The position numbers and the translations under genes were made by a program. DNA of 64,000 bases. Source: Neoechinorhynchus agilis. Lineage: Eukaryota > Animalia > Acanthocephala. The notes beneath the pieces were generated by a model, which was not told the origin of the DNA, did no database searches, and saw only the letters and a program-made list of their open reading frames with translations. Below are positions 51,762-63,181 of the stretch, piece by piece. Positions within the stretch are counted from its first letter, which is position 1; each line of letters starts with the position of its first letter. The DNA is taken from NCBI GenBank assembly GCA_051530055.1, contig CM121341.1, positions 3,338,151 through 3,402,150 of the forward strand, read 5' to 3'.

Positions 51762-51964
51762 GTGAACTTTTCTTCTTTGAAAATATAAATGGTCGCATTT
51801 TGGCACTTATCGAACCATTTCTTTGTTTGTATGCTTAATCCATCAACAAATAACTGTAAAAGCGACTAAAATTATTTTTCATTTTGTTTGAAAACATTAC
51901 AAACTAAAATTTTGATCAGCCTTTATTAAATACATCAGCATTCCTCGACATTTATACTTTCTTG

Positions 51965-53834
51965 TTAATATTCCACGAGTTTATTTTGATAACGATGTTG
52001 TGAAGATTTCACGTGATAAAACAGAATGAGATCGCCCTTTAGATTATCAACACTCAATGTAAGCGTTTTGTAGATTCCGTTATAGATCCTTTTCCGAAAT
52101 CTTACTGTTTGGCATGATCCATTGATACAGATTTGGAGGTTGGGGGCTTCCACTTTCACAACATAGATCTCATAACTAAACGATTTTAGTTATGAAATAT
52201 AACCAAAAGTAGTATTTCAAACCAAAGTCTATTCGGGTTCAAAATTGTAACGTTTGCTGGTAACTTCAGTGTTGGACTACAGGAAATGCCACATTTTTCT
52301 GGAATATGCGTTAACCATCCTTGATCATCATCAAGGAGGTTAAAATTTTTGGTTTTTCCAAGTGCAAATACCATTCCTCGGTAAGATTTTCGATATTCTA
52401 CGTAAAATCTCATTTGTCCATTTAACCATCATGCGGCTGACAAACCTGGGATGCATGAATAATAAACCGATTTCAATTCGTCATGTTTATTTGTGGCCCC
52501 AAATGAAAGTTCTATGTGATTTCGGCTGGAAAATAAATAAAGGTATGACAAGCGATCGCCAGGTGAAATCCAATATTTTTCCCTGACTTGTGTGAATCCA
52601 GTAAATATGTAGACTTCGTTGAGTCCACATTCAATTGTCCATTTTCCGTTTAAAGCATTCGAACGGTGCAGTTCGCGTTCAACTTAAATCGGTGAACTAA
52701 ATATTAGGAAATGCAATTGAAACCAATACCTTTATTTACTGATTTACTTATAAAAGACTTGTGCCTTCCGAAAGCTAAAATAAAAGATTTTTATGAGTTT
52801 AAAATAATATGTAGTTTTACAGTTCGAGTTTTCTAGCGAAAATCATCATTTTTCTTGTTAGAAAACTGAAATACGTTTGATTGGAAACATTGAATTGTGC
52901 TGGTTTTAGGTGAAAATAGAGAATCTTAATAAGAATAGCAAACGTGATAGAATTTCTCATTTAAAACTGCACAAAAAGTTGAAAATACATCATTAGTATT
53001 CTATTTGTACTTTTCAAATTCGTTTTCTCAAGTTAGGTCGATTTTAGGCATTATTTTTAAACAACATTTCCCTTTGTTTCAATTTAAACGCTCCATTTGA
53101 ATACAAAGAATTTTGTAAAACAAGCTCGATAATACTCAATATTTTCCAATAATATTGCAAAAAGTAGGACGATCAACATATTAACACAAAGACCAATATT
53201 TACTATCAAAAAACGAAAAAGTACTGTTTGAAAAGATTGAATTATTCATGTTTTTATATGCCGTTGAATAATTGAAGGTATTTTTTAGTTAAATCCGATT
53301 GGTTTCGGAGGCACAAACAACCTTGTGATAAACGCGTACAAGATTATGTCTCCGAAACCAATCGGATTTAACTAAAAAATGGCTTAATTTGAGAACTATA
53401 TTTACCTTGGTATAAAAATACAGTTGGAGCATCAAAGCATTCATGAGAGGAAATGGATACTTCTTTAGCTTTTCCATAATACAGCAAATGCGATCCCGTG
53501 CGTGGGACGTTCACTTGTTGGCCATCGACCTCAAGATACGCGGGTTTTCTTGCAATTACACTGATTCGAATTCTTAACAAAATCATTTTTTAATTTTTGT
53601 AAAAACAAAAACTTACTTTGTATATTCATCGTTATATATCTTCACTGGTGTAGCACATAAAGTGATTTCATTAGTAAAGGCATTTGTCAAGATACCGCGA
53701 TCACATTCGCTAGTATTCACGTAGCGCTCATATCCGCATATATCGATATTGCAATGAAGACGAGCTTCAATAATATTTAACAAATTTATCTGTAGCAGCG
53801 ACACGGTAAATATCCATTGGATTTTTGTGAGCAT
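51965..53834 (-). CDS. Uncharacterised multi-exon, probably secreted or membrane protein
   Basis: Signal-peptide-like MLTKIQWIFTVSLLQINLLNIIEA; canonical GTAAG...AG intron joins the 53613 and 53368 ORFs in frame; further same-strand ORFs at 52186 and 51965; middle exons not resolved. Confidence 0.5.
53281..53379. repeat. Hairpin/MITE with perfect 30-bp arms and a 39-nt loop, probably intronic
   Basis: ttttttagttaaatccgattggtttcggag / ctccgaaaccaatcggatttaactaaaaaa. Confidence 0.88.
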
Positions 53835-54219
53835 TGTTTTATTAGACACCAACAGAAAGACGATATCCAACGAACATTACTACTACGAGTATTCATGTCA
53901 ACTTTATACCTGCCCTAGAAAGGTTAAGATTTTTCGCTTTGAAACTCATTATGTAACGTGGTGTCACTGCCAAGTTGTCTAAAATCAACTTAATCGTCTC
54001 GAGAAAAAGAATAAGTCTTTCATCAAACAAGTAGCCTTTGTCTCGTTCTACACTTAAGAGAAACGAAATCACACTTATTTAAGTCGAATTTTTCTTCAAC
54101 TTTATGCCGACGTTAACCCTTCTTTAAACATAATGTTTGTCAAACATTTTATTCGTATTTAGGACATTAATTCCTCATCCTCAGTAAAAACATTTAAGAA
54201 TTTGAACTTATCATCATTA

Positions 54220-54485
54220 GACTTGTGGTGAAGATAATCACCCGGTTAAAAATTATTTTATTATTAGGAAATATTTCGGTAGTGAGGAAACCTCGCCTTA
54301 TTAATCATTATTTCGCAAGTTTGTCACTGAAACTGAAGTGGTAAACTTGCGAAACAATGATTGATAAGGCTAGGTTTCCTCACCTTCGAAATATTTCAGA
54401 ACAATAAAATGATTTCTAATCGGGAGTATCTTAACCACAAGTCAACATTTACCATCCCGATATGGATTTTCTCTCGATGTGATTA
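54220..54485. mobile_element. Helentron-like foldback family member
   Basis: Inverted arms related to 18571-18650; cap is the reverse complement of 18536-18575. Confidence 0.7.
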
Positions 54486-54939
54486 TCATCATTAACGTGA
54501 ATTCAAAACACTCTGTGAAAATTTTAAGGACAATTCCGATTGCGACATCTATAAGATGGATTTCGTTCACTTTGAAATCAAAAAAGAACATTCCATCAAC
54601 TAATATCTGCCTAAGAATTTTTACATAAGGATTTTGGCCTCAAATCGTCATAAGTGAAATTATTAATTCTTGTCATGAGTTAATTTAAATCCGACTGAGT
54701 TCTCATACGTTCATAAGTAAACTTCAAAAAAAGGTTCGAGCGTTAAGATGTTAAAATTCATTATTTCTACATATAAAATGATCTCTGGATAGTACCAAAT
54801 TCCGTCTTGTTCGAACTAAAGGCGTATTTTCTTTTACGTTTCCATTTGTCATTTTTCTATTTGAATTTAGGATGAAAAACTTCTGTCAATTAAGGAACTT
54901 TCCTCTTAGGGAATTAATATTTTGGGAAACAAACAAATC

Positions 54940-57819
54940 CTACCATACATCCATGAGGCACCGTCCTGACTTTATCATATTCTCCCAATAAAATTTAGTC
55001 TCTTTTTTTGTCATTTTGGATTGCTTGACTGTAATTTCAGATAAGCATTCCAAAGCACTTTTTCCCAACTTGTTCGCATCTCTGAATTTCGAATGTTTAG
55101 CATAGGGTTTTAATTTCCTATTTTACCAACCCACAAATGTATACATTTCCTTTCCTTTGCTTAATTGTAGTCCACAACGAGATCTGATCCTCTTTCAGTA
55201 AATCAGTCACATGAATGTGATGCATTTCTCGGGAATAAGCAAGTCTTAGCGTGAAAAAGCTATCATTTTCAAGAGCTTCCAACTCTTTAAGGTATGAGCA
55301 TTCATTGCTGGCACGGCATCCATAATATAGGGTTGCCGGTCCCATTCTTGTGCCTAAACCGAAAAGTCATTGTTTACTTGCACACAAAAACCAACCATTG
55401 TCAATTCTATATTTCCATTCCTGTAGAAAACCTCTAAATGGTGCAATTCCGGTTCCAGCAGCTATCAAAATCATCGGCTGCTTGAACATTCGAGGCAGTT
55501 TAAATGATGGACATTTTCGGATGAAGATAGGTAATTGAAACGGGAGAGGTTTAGAAACATGACTGCTTGCTAATCCCAACCTCTTTTGAACAGATATTTT
55601 GAAAAGTTTGACGATTATATGAATTAGGATGTTGAATTAGTCATGAAATGTCAAATCTACCTTCTTAGAATAATATTATCAACGGTACAAGAATAAAAAA
55701 ATTTAGTTTTCGAAATATCTGCTTTATGCTCAAATCCGGGTTCTCCATTTCAACAATTCCTATAAGTAGATGAACTTCTTTTGAGTGCACCTAAATCGTT
55801 GGCAATTCAATGATACAAAATACCATTTGAAAATACCTTTGGAGACGACGCAATTGAATAAAATCTCGGCTGAATTCTCGGTAATATTTGACAAAGGACA
55901 TATAAGGGAGGTCTCAAAGATGAGAACATCTTAAGCAAGTCTATAAGACTCAAAAATCTTTCAGTAACGACTCGCTCAAAATCATTCTAATGGACGAAAA
56001 GTAATTGTTACCGTCTTCGGCTTAAATGTCAATACGCACTGATTTTGCTAATAATAAAATTTCGTTTTTGTGCGTTTTGGTGTATTTCGAAAGCTGATTG
56101 ATTGTCCAAGGAGATAATGGTCCACTGAGATCTACATAATGTGTAAAAGCTGTCCGGTATGAACACGGACATGGAAACGGATTTAGGTCAACAGCATTCA
56201 GTGCTAATCAAGAATTAATTATATGGTTTACTTCGATAAGAAATTACCTTCCTTGTTCTCAAGATAAATAAGTTCATCAAAATCTACTGACTCAAGGTAT
56301 AGTTCTCTAAGTGATTCAATCAGTTCAATAGGATTGGGAACGTATATCGCACAATGATCACCACATTCATAACGCATCTAAAATACTAGGGACAAAAAAA
56401 TGATTAAAGGTTCAAGTACAAACCGAAGAAGACGATATGTCGATCTCTAGATGAATGCATGACTTTTGAGTATCTTTAAATGTTTCAACAATACGTGAAA
56501 CACTGCTCAAATATGGATTGTCTTGATTGAATGGTCTGAATGTGCAAAATATTAGACTAATACTAGGAATCGCTGCCTTTTGGGATTCAATATTCCGAGT
56601 TTGTTGATCCGGATCAAGAAGCTCGATTTTACGAATACGACCGAAATAATTAAACAGTTTATTTGTTGGATTATAGAAGAAAAAATCGAAATTTCGCATA
56701 AAAACTTTTCTGATCATTTGGTTTTAATAAAAAAAAAGCTTATTTTGCCCTCTTCAAAGAATCATTCAAAGGGTCATACGATATGAAAAACTAGATATAA
56801 AGCTCACGGCGTGTCGGATCATTCATATTAAGTTTCATAGAAGATATTCCTACGCATAAAGTTTTAAAGCAGCAGTAATCGTTTTTTAATTCAACTTCGT
56901 ATTTTTAAATTAAGAAATTAATAGACACGTACGGTTTTTGTTTTCTCAGACTGTTTAGGCGCTTCGGCTCACCAGTAAAGACACTAAGACCGTTTGGGGG
57001 CATACATTGCTCAAATTCCAAAAATCTAAACAGTCGAAAGATTGCTCAAAAATCTAGATAATGTTTCATACTTTTCTTCATCAGTAAAATCAACTTCTCC
57101 GGGAATTTTCGCCACTACCACACTCATCCACTCACAAAAGCATTTCTCAATTCTAAAATAAGAAAGGTAATTCAAATCTTGTAAGATTTATTTGCCTACA
57201 TTGCCTTCGGTTGACCAGCGTCCAAAAGTTGAACATTCACCAAACGTTCATTGCCCAATTCGTAAAGACGGTAGTCCGTGTAAAGTCCAAAGGCATTATA
57301 AAGCTCATAATTGCTATCGCCTACGGCCAATACCTGATAGCGATCGCAAACATTTAAAAAGTTTTAAAACGGTAAACTTACACAATATGGATGCCCATTC
57401 ATTTTAGATTTGATATCTCCGCGTTTTAAACAGTTGTGGAACTCTCGTGCCGAATCTGTTGGATCACCAGAACCGTAGGTAGCAAGTAGGAATATATAAA
57501 TATCGTAAGAACAGCATTCATTAACGAATTGATTAATGTCACTTATAAAAACGTTTAAGGATTGATTGCATTTCAAAGCACGAAGAATACGACGTGCCAA
57601 TTGTCTGGTCGTTCCTGATTGACTTCCATAATAAACAACAACGTTGTTATTGAAATTGTTTCTGAATAAAACGATGAACAATCGATATTGTATTTAACAA
57701 TACTCGTCCGTTTGGCTATCTTGGATTCGATTTCTCCTCTTGAGCCGAATGTATGAATAAACACAAATCCCAAATAATGCTCCGCAGACGGGAAATAACA
57801 TCTCTCTATGAAAAATCAT
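54940..57819 (-). CDS. POR: NADPH-cytochrome P450 reductase, about 11 exons
   Basis: N-terminal TM anchor; VYYGSQSGT; FLLATYGSGDPTDSA; RPFNQDNPYL; YECGDH; PRIQPRFYSIASSP; MILIAAGTGIAPFRGF; LYYGCR; VYICGDA; C-terminal MDVW. Confidence 0.95.
55591..55721. mobile_element. 131-bp TIR element interrupting POR coding sequence
   Basis: TIRs CAGATATTTTGAAAAGT / CAGATATTTCGAAAACT (15/17); flanks cttttgaa / ctttatgc resemble a degenerate TSD. Confidence 0.7.
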
Positions 57820-58724
57820 CTAAAAGTGTTTTAAAATTGGAAAGTCAAATAATGGATACGACCAATATGGCTTATAAAAATGGTAAACGGAGATTTAAGC
57901 TCCAAGAACCTTAAGAAGCGCTGTTGGATCGATAATTTTTCGATGATGTGCAGTGCTTTTTATGAAACCTTCGATGTTACGACCAAAATCAGAGCATTGC
58001 GGATTAAGACTGAGCCAACAGATTTCTGCCACTTTTGGAATATTCTTAACTATCGTACGAGGAAGTGAACCGATCAAACTTTTGATCAGAGATGGAAGTT
58101 TGGACGAGTCAGACTCGGCTGGGGTTATGGGAGTTGACTCGAGGAAACAGAAGGTGTTCTTAATAAGACTTTAATGAAACATTCGATGTTGCGACCACAT
58201 AAATCCAGAAAGCAAATCACGGACACACATCACTCACAACGAGCTCAAAGAAATGTTTGTCTTTAATTATTCGTAAAACCCTTTATATAAAATGACAAAC
58301 AACGTATTAAAAAGTTCATTATCAACAAAGTTCTAGCCGAAAACCCCCAACAACAATAACAACAATTGAAGTTGCAGAGAAATTAAAAGATAAAAAAGGG
58401 AATGATACAAATTGTTGTTTTAGAAAATATTGATTGTGTTCGAGTTGCGATCTACGAAACTGGAACTCCAAGGAGACGGTTTAATAATAATACAAAATGA
58501 ATATTGGAAGTACTAAGCAAAAGAATTAAACTTACCGAGAAGGAAATGAAGAAAATCCATAAGCGCTTGCAAGGGTAGAAAAACAAAATGTTAACTCACG
58601 TTCCTGCTCCTTTAAAAAATAGATAAGTGTCGCGCTCTAATACTGTAGCATTGATAAATTCTATTTAATTTGGTTGAATATTTTTGAAAGCAGTAGTCGT
58701 AGAATTTAAGCTCTGTTTAAGTTT

Positions 58725-60064
58725 TCATTTCTCTTTTTCAAGAACAAACAAGTCACCTTCTGCAGTTCCGCAAACTATTTTCTTTGGCATTTCGACGCCG
58801 TTCAAATTGCTGTAACCGAGTTCTAAGCTCTCGGCGAAGACATCAGAAACATTCGATACAGTAACACATTCGGCGTTCAATTGTTCAACAATGCCAAACG
58901 ATTCGTTGTTCGGCACATCAATGAGTTCAGCCGGATTGTCGTATTCGTTTAAGAGTGAGTGACTGCTAAAGTAAACTTAAAGCAATTGCGCACTTTTATG
59001 AGATTTAAAGAACCATTGGAACTGTCGAAAATCCACAGAAAACAAGATGATTTGGTTTCAGCGGTAAAAGAACTCGTGTCGCTTTCGTTAAGCCTGAAAC
59101 TCAAATGCCGTGTTCCAGTGATGAAGACCAAATATCGACCAGGAGAAATTTGCTTTACGTTCGTTGCTCTAAGATTCCGATCGCGAACATACGAAATGAG
59201 CGAAGTGAGTACAAGGGATAAAATTTGAGCCCTTGCTCTGTTGCTAAAGGGGAGAAGTCTGAATTTAAGGGAAGATTCTTAAGAAAAGAAATCAGACATT
59301 TCCCACGACGGACATCGGTATCGTCCAGGAGGTATGAAACTCTTTTGCAAATCAGATGACTGATGCTGACGCCTGTAAGTGATTGTTCATAATGGTGATT
59401 TATTAGACAAAGACATTCTTGCTTTTCCAAGTCCCAGATTCGGGATGAGAGGTCGATTGAATGGGAAACCAACAAACGTCCGGTTCGATCAACACATTGA
59501 AGTGAAGTAATGGCCCGGCCATGACCTTTCAGGACGATTTCATGTTCCACTGCTTCGCTTTGGTATCGTCGATGGCTCACGAGACGAATAATGCCATGAT
59601 TCGTGCCGAGCAGCACTAAAGGAGCATTTGGACCTGAAGAACGACTGCTGTATGGACTGATTGCTGTGAATATTTCGTTTGGTGATGGTTCAATGTAGAC
59701 ACAAATCGGTGATAATCGAACCGGCGAGGTTATTTTGTTGTAGGAGCTTCGACTCTCTCCTACAACATAATTTTAAAAGTTCATAAATCGCCAATTGGTT
59801 ACCACACAAAAGGCCGATTGTTTGATAATCTTTGTAAGAAGGAAAAAGAAGACAACAACTATTCGGAACCTCGAAGCCCATTGATTCGTTTTCTTCGTAG
59901 CATTCTCGCCTTTGAACGCTCGCAACTCTTTTGTATCTGACTTTTTTACTATGGAAATTTTCCATCTTCCGATTGCGACCAAAAAGGTTATTTTCATTTT
60001 GAACGAAGATTCCCCTTATTTGTTTGAGCAGAGAATCCTCCATGTCCTTTGGTGATGGTTTCAT
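58725..60064 (-). CDS. WD40-repeat protein with WDR7/WDR72-like segments, multi-exon; ends uncertain
   Basis: VLLGTNHGII..VLKGHGRAITSL..LVSHSIDLSSRIWDL; FLWIFDSSNGSL..LLNEYD; canonical 45-nt intron near 59770-59815. Confidence 0.6.
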
Positions 60065-60474
60065 TTTGAACAATGATTCTTATCTGGAAGGATTTCTAGC
60101 TTGGAAAATTATTATTGTTTTAAGGCTTTAATTAACATGTTCCTCAATCTCATTTTATTTCCCAAAATGTTGACCAAAAATGAGAAGTCTTCAATATTTT
60201 AAACTTGATAAGTTTTTTCCAAGATGATTCGAATTTTGTTTTAAGTTAAATAAACCTACGATTTATTCCTGGATTAAAAGCGAGTTTATGGATTCTCTTA
60301 ACTTTCGTTTTCGCCGTTTTTTCAATTCAAGCCGTTTGCTTATTAAAAACTCTTTTAGTTTTCGCGAATGTATTTGTATGAAAGGTGCACTTCATAGACT
60401 ATTTATAATTCTTAACAGCAAATTAAAAAGAAACAAATTTGGAAATGGGTGACGTTGTTATCATAAAATCGGAG

Positions 60475-60565
60475 AATATTTGGCGAGGAAGCTTCGCTTC
60501 ATCAGTCATTTCCTATCCGGGATTATGATCAGCTCATCGAGGATATTCTCTTGATGATTAAATTT
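60475..60565. mobile_element. Degenerate remnant of the Helentron-like family
   Basis: cttcgcttcatcagtcatt and cap atcgaggatattctcttgatgatt. Confidence 0.45.
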
Positions 60566-60652
60566 GTTAATTATTATTTTCTTTTATTATTTTATCTAGC
60601 TTAAAATATGTCCCATATCGCAGTCCAAAAATATTCACTTGTTTCATCACTT

Positions 60653-61525
60653 TTATGAGATTCTAGAAAAACTTAAATAATTTTCCATTGTCCTTTTTCG
60701 AGAACTACCATCTTGTTGATCCACATCCAATCTTGTAGGCTTAATTTCACTACAAAAAGCGCAGTGGACGAATGGCTTACAATGAATTGCGGCGCATATT
60801 GTGCAAGCATAGAAGATTTCCGCTTTCTGTTCGTGACAGGAGCAAACAGCATTTATCTTACTTAATTGAATACTTTGATTATCTACATCTTTATAAGGAC
60901 ACATTCCTTTTGGACAAAGAACCGAAGATACGAGACTAGACCAAAATCCTTGAATTGAGTCAAACATTATAAACATTCCATTGGTTATAAGAGACGCTTG
61001 CTTTAGGATTGTTTCCAATTGGTGATCCGCTGCTTTCGTTGACTCTTTAAGTGGTTTTAAACGAATAGTGTCCAATTTTATCGATAAATGCTTACAAGAA
61101 GAGGCACAATTTAAAAAATCAACTCCAGGAACGTAGAAGTTTGAACCCGGCGCGACGATAATAAGCCTTTTTTGTTTTGTATATTTAGTGTAAACGCTCG
61201 ATTGAAGATATAGTATCGATTTTATTAAAGCCTGAATCGTTCCTTTGTTGTTCAAGGTATTGTCCTTTTTGCGGTCAACTATGTCGAGGAATTGGTCTAA
61301 TCTTGTTCGAACTTCTGATTGGGAAACCTCGTCGATTCCCGAAACTAGACAAAAGCACATTGAACGAAATGCAATGAAAATTGATAATCTATTTTTTTCA
61401 TCGAGTGACGAAAAGACATCACTAAATGTACATAATTGATCAATCACTTCAGGAAGCCTGAATTGGCAATCTGAACCATGCCAGAAATTAATCTCATAGT
61501 TAACTATAAAAGATATTGAGGTCAT
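60653..61525 (-). CDS. GTF2H3: TFIIH subunit p34/Tfb4
   Basis: vWA-like N-terminus (W..L.EVIDQL..F..NRL), LKQASLITNGMF, C-terminal AVCSCH..FYACTICAAIHC..CAFC zinc finger. Confidence 0.88.
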   Translation of the reverse strand: MTSISFIVNYEINFWHGSDCQFRLPEVIDQLCTFSDVFSSLDEKNRLSIFIAFRSMCFCLVSGIDEVSQSEVRTRLDQFLDIVDRKKDNTLNNKGTIQALIKSILYLQSSVYTKYTKQKRLIIVAPGSNFYVPGVDFLNCASSCKHLSIKLDTIRLKPLKESTKAADHQLETILKQASLITNGMFIMFDSIQGFWSSLVSSVLCPKGMCPYKDVDNQSIQLSKINAVCSCHEQKAEIFYACTICAAIHCKPFVHCAFCSEIKPTRLDVDQQDGSSRKRTMENYLSFSRIS

Positions 61526-61609
61526 TCCACTAGCGGTGTAATTTTTTTAGTAAATCAAAGGCGTGTAAAAAACGTTCAAAGCGTAATTTATTTCGGCGCA
61601 TTGTTTCTA

Positions 61610-63170
61610 TTAAATAGATCGATTGGATCCGTTACTAATCGCGTAACTCGTACGAACAAAATAGTTTTGCAAAGGATTCAAGATCACCTGATCCACCCGT
61701 TGAGATGCTAAGGAACTTTCAAAATAGTGATGTTTTGAGTGATTGTGCCCGGTTTCAATTTCCGAAAATCCATCTCGTTCCACCGTTGTTAGCTCAAAAG
61801 GTATAGCTCGCCCCTTTCGTCCAGAGGATTATATGCTTAAAATCGCTAAAGAAGACATGGGAATTAACACCCCGACATTCCTGTCAAAAACATTTTTCTT
61901 AAAATTTCTGAGCCCTTCTGGGCTCGGTAACAATATTTTTGCTTCAGTGGTCTCTACCTCGAGAACCTTGAATCTGCTCTTTATAAAGGAAATCTTATTT
62001 TGAATCTTAACAAATCTTTTATAATTCCGCTCACTAAATCTTACAGCCCAAGGAAATCTCTTGCCCTTCTATTTAGCTCAGCCCCATGTTATCAAGCTTT
62101 TACCATCAAAAAGCACTCTCGTGTGCTGGGAATTGACTTCCCTTTACACAAAACCGAATTTTTATTAATACTTCTCTGAAGAGTACATTCTGTAAATTTA
62201 AATTTATAATCAAGCGGCTCAAGGCATCTTCTGGTTCCTTTCCCAACCCTTGTCCGTGCACTCAAAAGTATTGTAGGAGAATCATTGTGCTTCTTTGCGT
62301 TCGGTAGACCTCCAGGACTACGGATCCCCTTTTTTAAAACTTTTGATGATTTTTTAATTGAACTTCGATAGAGACCCTTTTCAGCTATTTTTACATAAAT
62401 TATTTTTATCAAAAATGTGGTTTTGTAGGTATGTGAAGGTGGAGTCTTCGGTTTTTAGAATACTATTTACGAAGGACTCGAACAATTCGGACTTCAATTC
62501 GGTATTGAGCCGAAAATACAAGATGTCCCTAATGGAAAGCGACTAATTCAAGCAATTTTTAATTTTTTTAGCGGAACAAGAAGCAAGAAGATTGGTAAAT
62601 GAATCAGAATCCTTATTGGACTTTCCTGACCTAATGCGCTATGTAGTATTGTAATTAATTTTGCATGGTTTTCATATTATTGAGAAGCAATAGTATTGAC
62701 TGAGGGATTTGATCAATCCGACGCTCAGTTTTATTTGTTGCCTCGATTGGTCTCGACCAACAACACAACTTTAGAAAAAGGAGAAAAGGAAAAACAGTGC
62801 ATCCGTGTTAATAATTCTGCAATAAATAAAATTTCGGCGCAGAAATTTTGCTCATTTGCAAAACAAAGTCTTAATAAAAAAAATGTGTATTCTATCATTT
62901 TTTCAAGCCTGTCATCCAAAAAAAGCTATAAGATCGGAGTTGTTTAGCTCGCAATTTGCAAGAAAAAATATTGTCCCTGGATTTAAGATTTGCTTTTAAC
63001 CCTCGTTTCCTCCATGATATTAGGTAGTTCCTTTAACAGTTTTGGTTCAGACCTCTGTTTAATGTCGTTTATCTTAAAAATGGCGAATAAATCCTCAAAT
63101 GTACACTTGAAGAAGTAGATTAATTCTAAGCTAAAGGATATTTCTAGTTTATTCATTTTTTTTGAGATTT
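61610..63170 (-). CDS. Possible uncharacterised multi-exon gene, truncated or abutted at its 5' side by a CRE element
   Basis: Several open, protein-like minus-strand segments (e.g. FEDLFAIFKINDIKQRSEPKLLKELPNIMEETR; SIRDILYFRLNTELKSELFESF); exon joins not resolved. Confidence 0.35.
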
Positions 63171-63181
63171 ATATATATTTC

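Noticed and set aside
57318-57335. gcctacggccaatacc resembles the 5' end of 5S rRNA
   Set aside because: Only about 16 nt match, and it is the antisense of POR codons VLAVG
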